Shown: positions 13,644 through 27,113, counted from the stretch's first letter. The stretch is DNA of 64,000 nucleotides from Octopus sinensis (GCF_006345805.1 NC_043002.1:76322001-76386000); one strand, 5' to 3'. The notes: generated by a model from the sequence alone, not told the origin. Numbers and translations are program-made.

Positions 13644-14469
13644 TGTGTGTGTGTGCATCAATTCATCGTTTAACTGAAATTTGAATAGTACAAGACAGAA
13701 ATAATGTTGCAAACATCAATTCAATATGCGAACATTAATCTTATCAGGTTTTTGTCAAGTGGTGAAATACCCTGTTTCTAGCACAAAACATAACACCAAT
13801 GTCGACCCGTAGCATATTGCATAAGTAAACAAGGGATTAATTTAAAAGGAAAGAAAATCCGTGTACCGCAACGGCCAGCACATTTCTCGATAGAAAATTA
13901 ATGGAAGCGGGTTAAAATGAGTATTCAACGAAGGAAGTTGTGGAAATCGAATGATTTATATGATAACAGCCAAAAAACAACTGGAAGAAATTTCAGAAAA
14001 TTTTATCATCAAACCTACATATTCATGGCTTCGTAGATATGATTCCGATTTCAGACATTTCCTGTATTCCAATATGTATTTGAGACATGATTGTATTCTT
14101 GTCAATGTGTAATGTATAGACTCCATCTATCAAAAGGCAATGGATGTTATGTTTTAAATGATATTAAACTAAGAGACGAACATTTTCGTGGCGTTATTAA
14201 TAACCAAATCCAGTTATTCGATCCGCTAAATCATTCCATTTTGTTGGTTGAAAGGAGGGGTAATACGTATACTTTAAACGTTCTTAAATTAAGTGACGTA
14301 CATTATTTGTGCGGCGTTATTGATATTGTCGAGCCTAGTCATTCGATCTGCTAAAAGAAGTAACCAATCTACCTCAAGTTTCATGTGTTATGCTATGTTA
14401 AGTTATAGCCTTATGCTAGGTACATCATCCTTGCACATGTTCAGTCAACTGCCAGTTAAAGGCCTCAGC

Positions 14470-14865
14470 ATGTTCTCTCCACCAACCACGGTCTGATGTT
14501 TTCCTCATCCATATTTTGGCGCCGAAGACTTTAACAAAGATTTCATTCCAACTTCTGCATAGTCTTCCCATCCTTCTCTTTTTCTGGACGTGGTGTCCAC
14601 TCCGTCAATTTGCTATCCAATCTATTGTCCTTTCTCCTAAACACATCCCGTGAAAGACCATTTCAGATATTTTATTTTCTAGATAATATCCGTCAAACCT
14701 TTTTTCCCACTCTTATCGTGTTACTTCTCCATTTATCCGTTTTGTTAATCTTCATCATTCACCTTTCCGCAGCTGTTTATGTTCAATGCTCTTGTTGGTA
14801 GTCCATGTTTCTGACGCGTACGTAATGGTAGGCAGCACACGCTGGTTGAAGATCTTTCTTTTTAG
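14470..14865 (-). mobile_element. RTE-clade LINE C-terminal remnant
   Basis: Minus translation KRKIFNQRVLPTITYASETWT and DNRLDSKLTEWTPR..KRRMGR. Confidence 0.7.
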
Positions 14866-15027
14866 ACAGACCAAGCTTCATAAACTTAAGCTGCTTCATA
14901 TAAACGGAGGGCTTCTACAGGGTGTCTTTCAGCCAAGTTTTACTCGCAAATCATTGGTCAACACGAGACTCTGGTAGAGTCAGATCGCTCCTAAGCTTCA
15001 AATTCTAACGTCTATATATACAAACAC

Positions 15028-15596
15028 ACAGTTCTATATTTCAGAGATGAGGAATTATGTACATTATTTACATTCTTTACATTCGACGGATATTTGTCCT
15101 TATCTTATTTGTTGTTAACACAACGTTTCGGCTGATATACCCTCCAGCCTTCTTTAGGTGTCTTGGGGAAATTTTAGGAATGAGAACCCAGGTTCGAAAT
15201 TTCCTCCAAGACACCTGAAGGAGGCTGGAGAGTATATCAGCTGAAACGTTGTGTTAACAACAAACAAGATGAGGATAAATATCTTAAATGTAAATAATGT
15301 AAATAATATACATAATTCCTCATCTCTGAAATATAGAACTGTATTATCTAATCGGTACGGATCTGACATTAGACTTCAATGGAGACGTATAGAGAAACTC
15401 CATCAAAAACTAGCTCGTCTTTGAAACCATCTAACTTTCTTATGTAGATGCAGAAAAAAATTAGGAATGAGAATCCAGGTTCGAAATTTCCCCAAGACAC
15501 CTGAAGAAGGCTGGAGGGTATATCAGCTGAAACGTTGTGTTAACAACGAACAAGATGAGGACAAATATTCGTCGAATGTAAATAATGTAAGTAATG

Positions 15597-15597
<1 letters not shown>
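15028..15597 (+). mobile_element. Penelope-like element: inverted pLTR, pLTR, ORF N-terminus, second pLTR
   Basis: Inverted repeat 15028-15174 / 15197-15342; direct repeat 15175-15300 / 15461-15597; spacer encodes RIEKLHQKLARL*NHLTFLCRCR, resembling the PLE N-terminal motif. Confidence 0.85.
15497..15540 (+). ncRNA. Minimal hammerhead ribozyme (PLE type); sister copies 15211-15254 (+) and 15118-15161 (-)
   Basis: ACAC-CUGAAGA-A-GGCUG-loop-CAGCU-GAAA-C-GUU-GUGU: stem I, core, stem II, loopless stem III. Confidence 0.8.
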
Positions 15598-15634
<37 letters not shown>

Positions 15635-15636
15635 CA

Positions 15637-15860
15637 CAAGAGGGGCGGGGGGCACAAAAGTTCCTGGCTTTGAGTAAAAGAAAAAGCAGGAGGGTCAGTT
15701 AATTAATTATTTTATTCAGCATATTCCCCTCAAATTCACACACGTATTGCAGCGGTCCTTCAGTTTTTTTAAGCCCTGTAAAATTATTCAGAAGACAGGG
15801 CCTCCAACCAGGTCTTTCGTGATACCCTTGAAGCAACAAACTTTTCAGCAACCTCTCGTC
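15637..15860 (-). mobile_element. Mariner-derived MITE (about 220 bp)
   Basis: Inverted homolog of 32368-32588; degenerate TIRs. Confidence 0.75.
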
Positions 15861-15861
15861 A

Positions 15862-15957
15862 CTACATACATACATGCATACATACATACATACATACATA
15901 CATACATACATACATACATACATACATACATGCATACATACATATATACATACATAC

Positions 15958-15988
<31 letters not shown>

Positions 15989-16158
15989 CATACATACATA
16001 CATACTTACATACGTACATACATACATACATACATACATACATACATACATACATACATACATACCTACATACATACATACATACCTACATACATACATA
16101 CATACATACATACATACATACATACATACATACATACATACATACATACATACATACA

Positions 16159-16192
<34 letters not shown>

Positions 16193-16210
16193 CATACATA
16201 CATACATACA
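15862..16210. repeat. (TACA)n microsatellite
   Basis: Direct reading. Confidence 0.95.
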
Positions 16211-16539
16211 CACACGACGGGCTTCTTTCGACACGATTACCGTCAATCGCATTTCTTTCACAAAACATTGATGATGTTCGCGTAGAATACCTTTGCCAGA
16301 AGTGCAGCGCAGGTCGCATCGAAACCAGAACGACGAGCTTACGAAGCGAACCCCTTCCTTACCATACATCTATACGCACAGCTTCGCTTTAGTTTCCTAC
16401 TCTCTATTTCTAAATCCAAATGCAGCTTCACTGAAAATCGATATCGCTGTTGATTTTGTTTAAATAAAATGTACCAGTAATATACTGTTAGTTGCTGTTG
16501 TGTGGACGCCCCCAGACGATGAAGTAGGCTAGCCCAATA

Positions 16540-16934
16540 CATCTTCTTCTTAGCACTCCGTCGGTTGCGACGATGAGGGTCCCAGCTGATACGATCAACG
16601 GAACAGCTTGCTCGTGATATTAACGTGCAAGTGGCTGAGCACTCCACAGACACGTGTACCCTTAACATAGTTCTCGAGGAGAAACAGCGTGACACACAGA
16701 ATGTGACAAGGCTGGCCCTTTGAAATACAGGTACAAGAGAAACAGGAAGAAAGAGCGAGAGAAAGTTGTGGTGAAAGAGTACAGCAGGGTTCACCACCAC
16801 CCCCTGCCGGAGCATCGTGGAGCTTTAGGTGTTTTCTCTCAATAAACACTCACAATGCCCGGTCTGGGAATCGAAACCGCGATCCTCCGACCACGAGTCC
16901 GCTGCCCTAACCACTGGGCCATTGCGCCTCCACA
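16540..16934 (-). mobile_element. tRNA-derived SINE, family C
   Basis: Minus: GGAGGCGCAATGGCCCAGTGGTTAG (A box), GGTTTCGATTCC (B box), tail (AAG)n. Confidence 0.85.
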
Positions 16935-16939
16935 GCCCA

Positions 16940-17240
16940 ATACATAGATATGGAGGGAGAAGCCTAGACGTCAGTAGACTAGAACAGTAGTAGCGAACAG
17001 AGTAGAGTAGCAGTAGAGAGCCGAAGTTGAGTTGTAGAGGCATCCGAACGTGCGACATAACAGTGACGACGAGGATTTCGTAGCTCACACAGCCACTGTG
17101 TAGTATTGCGACATAACAGTTGCATAACTCAACGCTTTGAGAAATGTCTGTTGAGCCTAATGCACAGAAGTCAATATCAGCTGAGCTAGCAATGCTGATA
17201 ACACGAAACAATGAAAGACCCTCGGACGACATCACAGAAA
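16940..17240 (+). mobile_element. Possible Ty3/gypsy LTR end, primer-binding site and gag start
   Basis: ...cataaca|gtgacgacgaggat resembles the TGGCGACGAG-type PBS after an LTR CA end; short ORF MSVEPNAQKSISAELAMLIT follows. Confidence 0.3.
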
Positions 17241-17584
17241 TAACAGTTGAATGCCCTCAAATCACACGCTATCAATGTAAAAAAAAACGAAGAGTACTAA
17301 AGAGAACGTAGTCGTAGATATATAAAAATATACAGCACGGTTTTGCGTGTAAAGCCCGGTTATTATAGGACTAGAGGATCCAATCAATGATGACCAGGGG
17401 CTGGATGGTAACAACAACAACAACAATAACAAAAATATTTTATATAGTTTTTGCCTTCTTGACAGTAAGTAAATATAGCACTTTTATCGTCTCAATCATT
17501 TAGTTTGACATCTGCTATACCATTATTCTGACAGCATTATTAAATTAGCCACACTCCCACTCCGTCCACCATATCCATATTACT

Positions 17585-17764
17585 AATACATACGTACGTT
17601 CATACATACATACATACATACATACATACATACATACATACATACATACATACATACATACATACGTACGTTCATACATACATACATACATACATACATA
17701 CATACATACATACATACATACGCACATACATACGCACATACGTACATACAGATATATATGTACG

Positions 17765-17820
<56 letters not shown>

Positions 17821-18230
17821 ACTTGCATATATGCATATACATGTCCATGTATATATATATATGTACATATATATGTATATACACATGCATATATGTAGCA
17901 CATATGTATATATATGTATTTATATATGTACACATATATATATAAATCTATGTATATATACTGTATATATATATATAATATAGATATATACATGTGTAAG
18001 TACATATGTATATATATGCATATATGTATGTATGCATGTATGTATGCTTGTGTGTATGCAGGTATGTACGTATGTATGTATGTCTGTATAATTTTATCGA
18101 TATTTGTTTATCCATATGTATACATGTTTGTGCGTGTGTGTGTGTGTGTGTGTGTGTCCCCGTGCGTGTGTATGTGTGTGTGTACATGTGTGTGTGTCTG
18201 TGTGTGTGTGTGCCTGCGCGTGGGTGGGTT
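17585..18230. repeat. (TACA)n/(TA)n/(GT)n compound microsatellite
   Basis: Direct reading. Confidence 0.95.
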
Positions 18231-18884
18231 TGAATTTTGCGTCGGTAGCAATTTTGTTTATTTCACCGTATTAACCGATAAGAATCTGTTTATGATTGAA
18301 ATATTATAGAAACAAAAAAATGAATTTCTTCATTTTAGAAATTGTATTGCTCAAAGCTTTGCAATCTATATGTGTGTATATGTGCACGTGTTCGTGTACG
18401 CGGGTGTATGTGTGTGCGTAGGTGTGTGTGTGTGTTCGTTTGTGTGTGTTTGTGTATGTGTGTGTGTGTGAGTGTGTCATATGCGCATGTATGTGTTCCT
18501 CGGCGTGGGTGGGGACACTAAAACTCACGTAAACTCCACAGAGATCTTATCTTGTCCATATGAAGTAATCATGTGTCTGTGTGAGTGCGCGTGCGCGTTT
18601 CAAGATCTATATATAAGTACGCACACACACCAAACACACCACACACACATAACACACACACACACCAAACACACTCACACCACATACATACACGTACACA
18701 CATGTAAAATAAGCAAGATACATGTCCGTTTATTATTTTTTTCTTCTGTCCTGTCCAATCACATTCGAACAGAGATGTAAAATACAAGATATTTCTCTAT
18801 TAACCTCATCATGTAGATGTGTAGCAATCGCTAGTTCACTGCCATCTAACCATAATAGATTCGTTCATATTACTCTGGAAAGAG

Positions 18885-19110
18885 CTTAGAGTCAGTTTCC
18901 CGGTTTCTCTGGCATGTGCGTATATTCCTCCCTGGGCCAGATGCCGGTCCGTCGCACGAATACTGATTGTTTACCATTTGAGTGAGCTGAAGCAACGTGA
19001 AATCAAGTGCTTTGCTGAAGAATACAATGTATCACCCGGTCCAGGAATCGAACCTACAATCTTACGCTCATGAGTCCAACAACCTAACCAGCAATCCGTG
19101 CACCTCCGCT
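18885..19110 (-). mobile_element. Old tRNA-derived SINE, family D (V-domain-like); relatives at 31277-31515 (+) and 36165-36335 (-)
   Basis: B-box GGTTCGATTCC on minus; GCGACGGACCGGCATC segment; shared tail ATGCCAGAGAA(A/T)CCGGGAAAC. Confidence 0.65.
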
Positions 19111-20444
19111 ATCTTACTATCAAGTTTATGTAAATTTTTTCGAACCCTCTTTCAACGGAACTCCTCAAATCTATATTCTTTTTCTCAATATATAACGGAC
19201 GAATGCATACGTGATTACTAGACCTGATGGACATGGTAGGACAATTTCCACTACCATCTTAAATAAAAAATATATTGGGTAATGTAGTTCATTATAAGGA
19301 AGGCGAGATAGTCATGGCTGGAATATTTTCTGTCATAGGTCTATTGTGTCAGGTCAGATATGGAGTTAAACAACATTACAACGCACTAGAATGGCCTGTC
19401 GGAGATTAGAGGAAACATACTCATAGAATTATTATCTTCTATTTGATAAGGGGAATTTTTTCCCGAAATAATAGAGGTCCATTAAACAGCTTAGGTAAGG
19501 TAATGCAATATATTTTCTTTTTACTTTCATTTTTTAAACTTCAAGCATATTTTGTCTAACTCTTTACCTACATTGCCCAAAGATATTTTCAAACATTTAT
19601 ATCAATATTAATAATTTTTTTCTCTCATGTCTCATTATGTCTTTTTTTTTTTGTATTACGTTTTTCATTTATACATACACACACATACTCATCTACATAT
19701 ATGCATGCATACGTACATGGTGGTTGCAGCTCGATTTCGAGCAATGTCACTACTTGATCGTTTTCTGAACCATGAGCAACATAAATTTGGCTTTGCAGTC
19801 CTACCAAGGACCTACGCTTTTTTCCGCCACAGATGTGGCAACGATTGGTGTTTCGTGCTGTAGATGTTAAGAGAGAGTACCATCCTCACTAACACACACC
19901 ATCATTCTATCTCAAAATTTTTTTACTGAATGCTTTGCCTTTCTCATCTTTGGCCAACTATAGTGTGCATTACTGATTAGAGATCTTAAAAATCAAGCGA
20001 CATAAATATGTATAGTAGCGACAAGCTTATAACATCATGTCCTAATTTAACCTCCGTACAATCCATCCAAGAGCAATAAATATCCATTAATATTTTCTAC
20101 AGCAAATACAAAAATCAAGAGTTAGCAACGTAGGTAGGTGAAGCAAAAACAACACTGAAGACATCAACCATATTATTACCAACTGCGACTGAACATTCTC
20201 GAGGTATATTACCATATCGTGAGACACGTCATAGTAGCCAGAACAACATGAAATAGGAAAGACAAAAAAGAAAAGAAAAACAATAGAAGTAAGCATACCA
20301 TGACAAATGGGTCAGAAGAATAACTGTAAAACAATAATTACAATAGCAACCAAATTAAAACGTAACGAACCAGATAGTGTTGCTTGAGAGCACAATATAT
20401 ACCCATGCACTTGCATGGACGTCCTCTATTTTTCATCCTCCTCC

Positions 20445-20550
20445 TCATCATCATCATTTAACGTCCGCTTTCCATGCTAGCATGAGTTGGACGATTTGAC
20501 TGAGGACTGGCGAACCAGATGGCTTGCACCAGGCTCCAATCTGACCTTGT
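20445..20550 (-). mobile_element. 3' fragment of a retroposon with a (TGA)n tail; longer copy at 54603-54870
   Basis: Shared (TCA)n-TTTAACGTCCG.TTTCCATG.TAGCATG...CACCAGGCTCCA. Confidence 0.7.
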
Positions 20551-21096
20551 GGTAGCAATTTAGTAAAGAAAAAAAAACAGGAAGAAGAAAATACGTGTGA
20601 ACTAACGATAAGAAGACTGTATAATACTTTTTCAATTTTATAGCGTGACCAGATATGCATGTAGCAACACGAATAGATTTTTTTAAATTGATTGGGGGAT
20701 CAAAGAAAAAAAAATACGAATGTCATTTCATAAGCTACAAATGGTGTTGACGATATCTGAGACAATAACAGCCTGTATGAGTTTCTGAAAAATTGAATGG
20801 GCGAATGGTGGCACAAACGAAAGTTAAAAGACGCCACGTGCGTTGTTTTTAGTATCTTTCGTTTGTAAATAGTAACAAGATCTTTAAAACTCCGCAATGA
20901 GGAAAAGGAAAAGTGCACCACACGCGTACTTATATACACACATATAGCTGTGTGTTTTTGTGCTCATATACATATATATATATTTATATATGTATATATG
21001 TGTGTGTGTGTGTGTACACATATACATTTATATATGTATATATATATATATTTATATATATATGTATATGTATATATCTATATATATATTTATATA

Positions 21097-21141
<45 letters not shown>

Positions 21142-21587
21142 TTTATATATATACTTATATACATATATGTATGTATATATATATATCAATCTTTATATGT
21201 ACACGTGTGTACCGATATATATATATATATATATATATATTTGCATGTTCTTAAATAAATATAGGTATTTACATACACTAGCTAAAGGTTTCTGGATTCA
21301 ATGAGGCGGTGCCAGATTTCACTCGACAAAGATATTTACACAGAGAGAATTAACCATATGCGTATGTATATTTATATGTACGTTCCTTTGTTTGTATATA
21401 TTTTTTATGTGTATATATATGCATATGTTTTTGTGTGTGTTTGTGCATTTGTGAATGTATTTGTTCAATAGCAATATGCTTGAGCATAAACCTCGTATGA
21501 AGTACGGTGATTTGTATCAGATATCAAGAAATCAATACTTTTTTGAAGATCGTTTATAATAATGATAGAGACACGTCAGTACAAATT

Positions 21588-21979
21588 GTGGCAACAGATG
21601 CTAAGCAACAGTGAGGGTGGCAGGGTGTGATGGTTTGGCAAAACCGATAGAGCAGCGAACCAAATGCCGTGTGATATTTGTTCCGCCTTTTTACGTTCGG
21701 AGTTCAAATCCCATGAAGATCAAACTTTGGCTTCCACCCTTCTAGGCTCGGTAAATAAAGTACCAGTCGAGTCTTGATGCCGATTAAATTCAATACTCGA
21801 CTGGTACTTTATTTACCGAGCCTAGAAGGGTGGAAGGCAAAGTTTGATCTTCATGGGATTTGAACTCCGAACGTAAAAAGGCGGAACAAATATCACACGG
21901 CATTTGGTTCGGTGCTCTATCGGTTTTGCCAAACCATCACACCCTGCCACCCTCACTGTTGCTTAGCATCTGTTGCCAC
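21588..21979. repeat. Near-perfect palindrome (190-bp arms, 12-nt loop) built from a diverged SINE family B head
   Basis: Arm 21588-21777 is the reverse complement of 21790-21979 with about 3 mismatches. Confidence 0.95.
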
Positions 21980-22174
21980 GCGCGTGCGTTGTGTGTAAAC
22001 ACATGCATATATATATGTATATATATATATATATATACTAAAATAGTGTACATTTAAACACAAAAGAAAACTACCCTTTAACAGGTCATTTTTACATGCT
22101 AGAAATAGCAGCCAACACGGCCAAAACCACGATTTCATACCAATTTTCGAAGTAAATGAAAAATAAAAACTTTT

Positions 22175-23940
22175 ACCTTAAATCCTTAAATCCTTAAAAA
22201 TGTTTTAGCCCGAAGGCCGCGGCCATGCTGGGGCACCACCGCTGAATGAGCTACACTAATATGTGAATCCACCTCTGATACGTGGCACTTGGTCAGCAAG
22301 GGAGTTCGATGCCGCTGCCCGCATCTGTGTCTCCTGTCGTGAGGTAGGTTCATCTGGGACCCCCGACAAGAAGAGATCCAGTTTAGTTTTAAAGAAACCC
22401 ACATCCACACCATGCAAGTCTCTCAGGCATTTAGGGAGGATGTTAAAGAGCTGTGGTCTTCTGAAATCCAAGCTGTTGCAGTATCTGGTCCTGTATTTTG
22501 ATGGTGATGTTGGAATCTTTGGCACCATGCAGTGGCGCCCCGTTCTGCGGTTGGGGTAACTTTGAATGCCAAAGTTTGGGACAAGACCCTCCAGGATTTT
22601 CCAGATATATATCACCGCATATCTCTCCCGCCTCCACTCTAGGAAGAAGAGGTTTAATACTTTCAGTCTTTCCCAGTAACTGATATTTTGCATTGAGACG
22701 ATCTTCTTTTGTAGCTTCTTCGAATTGCTTCGAGTTCTGCTGTTAGTGTTATATTGTGTGGTGACCATAGTTGGGAGCGGTAGTCCAGGCGGCTGAGGAC
22801 GAAAGTTTTCCAGAGGACCATCAGTGTCTCCTTCTCTCTTGTTCTGAAAGTTCGGAGAATCCAACCAGCTAGCCGTCTGCATTTTATCACCAGATTAGTA
22901 ATATGCACTTGGAAAGATGCATCATTGCTCATGTCAATGCCCAGGTCACGCACTGATTTTGACTCAGGGATTGCAATTCTTCCCGGGCCAGTGTATCCAG
23001 TCTGCATGTCGTTTACCTTTGTGTGCCGGTAGCGCAGGGACTGGAACTTACCTGCATTAAACTGCATGTTGTTGTCCTCAGCCCACCTGTATATTGTATC
23101 CAACTCCTGTGGCAGATGTGCAATATTTTCAGGGTTTTGTATTGTGCAGGAGACTTTTGTGTCATCTGCATAGCTAGCAAGGGTGGCCATCTTAGTAACT
23201 GGGGGCATGTCTGAAAGGCCCACTATGAACATCAGTGGCCCCAAGACAGTGCCCTGTGGAACACCGCTTGTTATTTGTTTCCTGGGAGGTGGCTCCATTG
23301 GTCACAACTGCATGTCTTCTATCTTTTAGGAAGTTGTGCAGCCACTCTCCAAGTTTTCCGCCTATGCCGAGACCACGCAGTTTGTGACAAATCATACCGT
23401 GGTCGACTTTATCAAAGGCTTTTGCAAAGTTGAGATATATCACATCCACATTTGAGCCATTTAGTAGCTGTTTTAACACCCAGTCATAGTGTTGCAGGAG
23501 CTGTGTTAGGCAGCTTCTACCTGGTCGAAATCCATGCTGGGTGTCAGTCAGCAAGTCCTTTTCTTCAAGGAACATGATTAATTTCTTGCGGACTATTCGT
23601 TCCATGACTTTGCTGATGTGTGAGGTCAGAGAGATAGGCCTATAATCTTTAGCATCTGCTCTGCTACCTCCCTTATGGATAAAGCATATTACCCCCTCTT
23701 TCAATTTGACTGGGAGCTTACCACTTGCAAGAAAGCTCTGAAAAAGAAACTGTAGCGGTTTTGCAAGGGCTCGTTTGCCCGATTTTAGAAGGATCGCTGG
23801 AAATCCATCAGGTCCAGCAGCTGAGTTTGTGTCAATCTCATCTATGGCCAGTGTGATATCATCATCTTCAATGTTGATGTACTCAATTTTTGCCTCTTTG
23901 GTCGCAGGTGAAGTGGCAAAGAATTCTTCTGGGTTGTTTA
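22175..23940 (-). mobile_element. 5'-truncated CR1-like LINE, RT with frameshifts, 3' tail (TTTAAGGA)n
   Basis: AGPDGFP, YRPISLTSHISKVME, QHGFRPGRSC, LNFAKAFDKVDH, SGVPQGTVLGPLMF, YADDTK; ORFs 23192-23704, 22663-23298 and 22256-22882. Confidence 0.95.
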
Positions 23941-24230
23941 CTTGTTTACTTGTTATTTTTATTAGCGGTTATACCATGGTTTCGAATTTCTTTGGCAAAT
24001 AAGATTATTTGCCATACTTTAATGGGTAATTTAGCAAAACAATATTATCCGCCAGGCGAATTCTCGTCAGTAACAGGCCTCAATAACTAACTTATAATTC
24101 AGAAACAAGATAACACGTGTCCCGCCATTATATGCTATAATTTTTCAAAATTCCGCTCGCAGGCACATTTACAGTATCTTACATATATATATATATATAT
24201 TATTATTATTATATATATATATAATATATA

Positions 24231-24299
<69 letters not shown>

Positions 24300-24324
24300 A
24301 TAATATAAATAATATATAAATATA

Positions 24325-24740
24325 TGCATATATGCATACATATATGTATATACCTACATCTATATGTATATATACATGCATATATGGGTTCAGGACATCA
24401 AATAAACGTTGAACACAATGAGAAACGAAGACATAAAAACAAAAACAAAGAAACGAACTTTTTTTCAAACAACGAAAAAAACAGAGTACAAGACATACAA
24501 CACAAGGAATATTCCCCTTCTTCAGTTGTCCCTCTTTCATCTACTCCACGTTCGAAGGTAAGGACAAGACGCGACTCTGTTGAAACAGTCCTTCCCGCAA
24601 AGCAAATTAAATAAAATTTGGGATTTTTTGCGGAGGGTAAAAATGGTAACAAGAACAGGACAGTAAGAACAAAACAGTAAAAACAATAACAAAGTACAAA
24701 CAGTAAAAAACAGAACAATGAGAACAAAACAGTAAAAATT
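24325..24740 (-). mobile_element. PLE-like pLTR remnant related to 60906-61937 and 53530-53700, within (TA)n
   Basis: Reverse-complement similarity (ccttcgaa...gagtagatgaaa...actgaagaagggg; catatatgcatgtatata...gtaggta). Confidence 0.6.
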
Positions 24741-25002
24741 ATATATATATATACATATATTATATATATGTATATGTGTGTTAGTGTGTGTGTATTTAAT
24801 ATTTTGGACTAATGGGTATATGTTAGTTAGTGGGCTGACGTGTTGAGTAGAGCACTGGTACAGTTTGATCTACCTGGTGCCACCCGCAGTCGGGGTATAT
24901 TTCCAGTGGATCAGCTTCAGGAACTCCGCAGTGTTAGTTGAGATGATAATAATAATTTCTTACATAACGAGTAAATGAATCTGTACAAAATGAAGGTTTA
25001 CT

Positions 25003-25180
25003 TTACCGTAACCTAGCGGTTCGGCAAAAGAGAACGATAGAATATGTACCACATTTAATCAAAATAAAACAAAACAAAAAAAAGGAATTATTGGTGTCGA
25101 TTTGTTCAGCAAAACCTTTCAAGAAGGTGCTCCAGCATGGCCGCAATCTAATGTCTGAGACAAGTAAAAGATAAAAGATA
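25003..25180 (+). mobile_element. SINE family A 3' fragment
   Basis: TAGCGGTTCGGCAAAAGAGA...GGTGCTCCAGCATGGCCGCA...ACAAGTAAAAGA. Confidence 0.8.
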
Positions 25181-25630
25181 TAGTCGAAGGTGTAGCGATA
25201 TTTCAAAGTAGAATGTACGAACTGAGATGTTCATGCCGCTTCCAATATTATGAGCTACACCTATAAAGCGGTGAAATGATTTGAAGCGTGACTACGAGCC
25301 GTTTGGAGTGGATTGGGAAGTTGTTCTTTTTCCGGAAAGTGACGGTTGGGTGAAGCTGTGTGTACGCTAATGATTTGGTGCGGTTGATTAGACATTCAGC
25401 CTGTTTTGGTATGCAGTAATTTTTGGTACTGGAAGTAAACTCACACGTGCGCAGAAACATATACATAGAGAGAGAGAGGAGTAAGAGAGAGAGTGTGTGT
25501 GAGAGAGAGTGTGTGAGAGTGAAAGAATGAGGAAGAGAGGGAGGGGAAGGAGACACAATATATTGATTAAACACGGTTGACAGAAACACTTTCTCTTCAT
25601 ACACATAAAGAGAAGCATGTTCACCCACAT

Positions 25631-25671
<41 letters not shown>

Positions 25672-26577
25672 AAGAGAAAAAAACATTAAAACATCTGATG
25701 TCAAATAAGTCAACGTCGAATCAGCGACGCCAAATAGGTGCCGCCCAAACGGCTGTGCCAAAACGTCTCATATCCTGTTTTTCGCAACTCTCTGCATACA
25801 ACCAGGCATAAATGCATCAGCCGAGAAGGAGCGGCTACATGGGTCGCTAGACCTTCTAGAAGAAGCAGTCAAATGTTCTTTCATCGCTTGATAATGTATG
25901 TAGTCCTTGGTGTGCTTGTGTTTGAATAAAAGATGAGATGGCGACGGCTGCAGTATTCGATAATAGACCAAGCCTGCTCGCTCAATCAATCGGAACTAAC
26001 CTGGGGCTAAACAGCTACAAGAACCATAAACCTATACATATATATACACAGAAACACAAACACAATCAAGTATTATTAATGAAGGCATACGTACACACGC
26101 GCACAAACATTCATACATCGATCCATCCGTTCACTCGTGCTTAAACGCACTAACAGATTGGTCTGTGGACGGACAGACAGGCAGACAGGCTGACACACAC
26201 ACACAGACACAGGCAACCAGTAGACTAGAATATTGGTTAAAATATTCCAGTTAGAGAATTGATGGTCGAATATCCGAAATATGATTTCATAGCCGAAAAC
26301 TTCTCTGGTTCCTTCCTTCCTCTCTCTTGTACTGCCTTTTCTTTATTCTTTCTTTCCATTTTATTCCTTCTTTTCTTTCTTCCTTTCTTTTTAATTTCTC
26401 ATTTTCTCATGGTTTAATCTACACCCACCCCTCCCCTCCCCTACACACACACACACACACACACATACATATATATTTATTTACATATATGTATGTGTGT
26501 ATATATGTACGAATGCATGTATATAGAGAGATAGATCGGCAGACAACAGACAGACAGACAGGCAAACAGACAGACAG

Positions 26578-26579
26578 AT

Positions 26580-26629
<50 letters not shown>

Positions 26630-26630
26630 C

Positions 26631-26685
<55 letters not shown>

Positions 26686-26708
26686 GATAGATAGATAGAT
26701 AGATAGAC

Positions 26709-26776
<68 letters not shown>

Positions 26777-26803
26777 GATAAATAGATAGATAGATAGATA
26801 GAC

Positions 26804-26853
<50 letters not shown>

Positions 26854-26914
26854 GATAGATAGATAGATATAGATAGAGATAGATAGATAGATAGATAGAC
26901 AGATAGATAGATAG

Positions 26915-26950
<36 letters not shown>

Positions 26951-26995
26951 CAGATAGATAGATAGATAGATAGATAGACAGATAGATAGATAGAT
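26578..26995. repeat. (GATA)n microsatellite
   Basis: Direct reading. Confidence 0.95.
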
Positions 26996-27113
26996 GGCTA
27001 GAGACACAGGTATTAATAAAGGAATGATAAAAGAACGTGTATGTATACACACACACACACAACATAATATAATGTGCGTGTGCGTGCGTATGTATGTGTG
27101 CTTGTTTGTTTGT

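Noticed and set aside
16850-16934. tRNA gene
   Set aside because: A and B boxes are present, but the sequence continues into a SINE body and tail with no convincing cloverleaf acceptor stem; the same applies to other SINE heads
22256-23704. Functional reverse transcriptase gene
   Set aside because: 5'-truncated (no endonuclease or ORF1) and broken by at least three frameshifts
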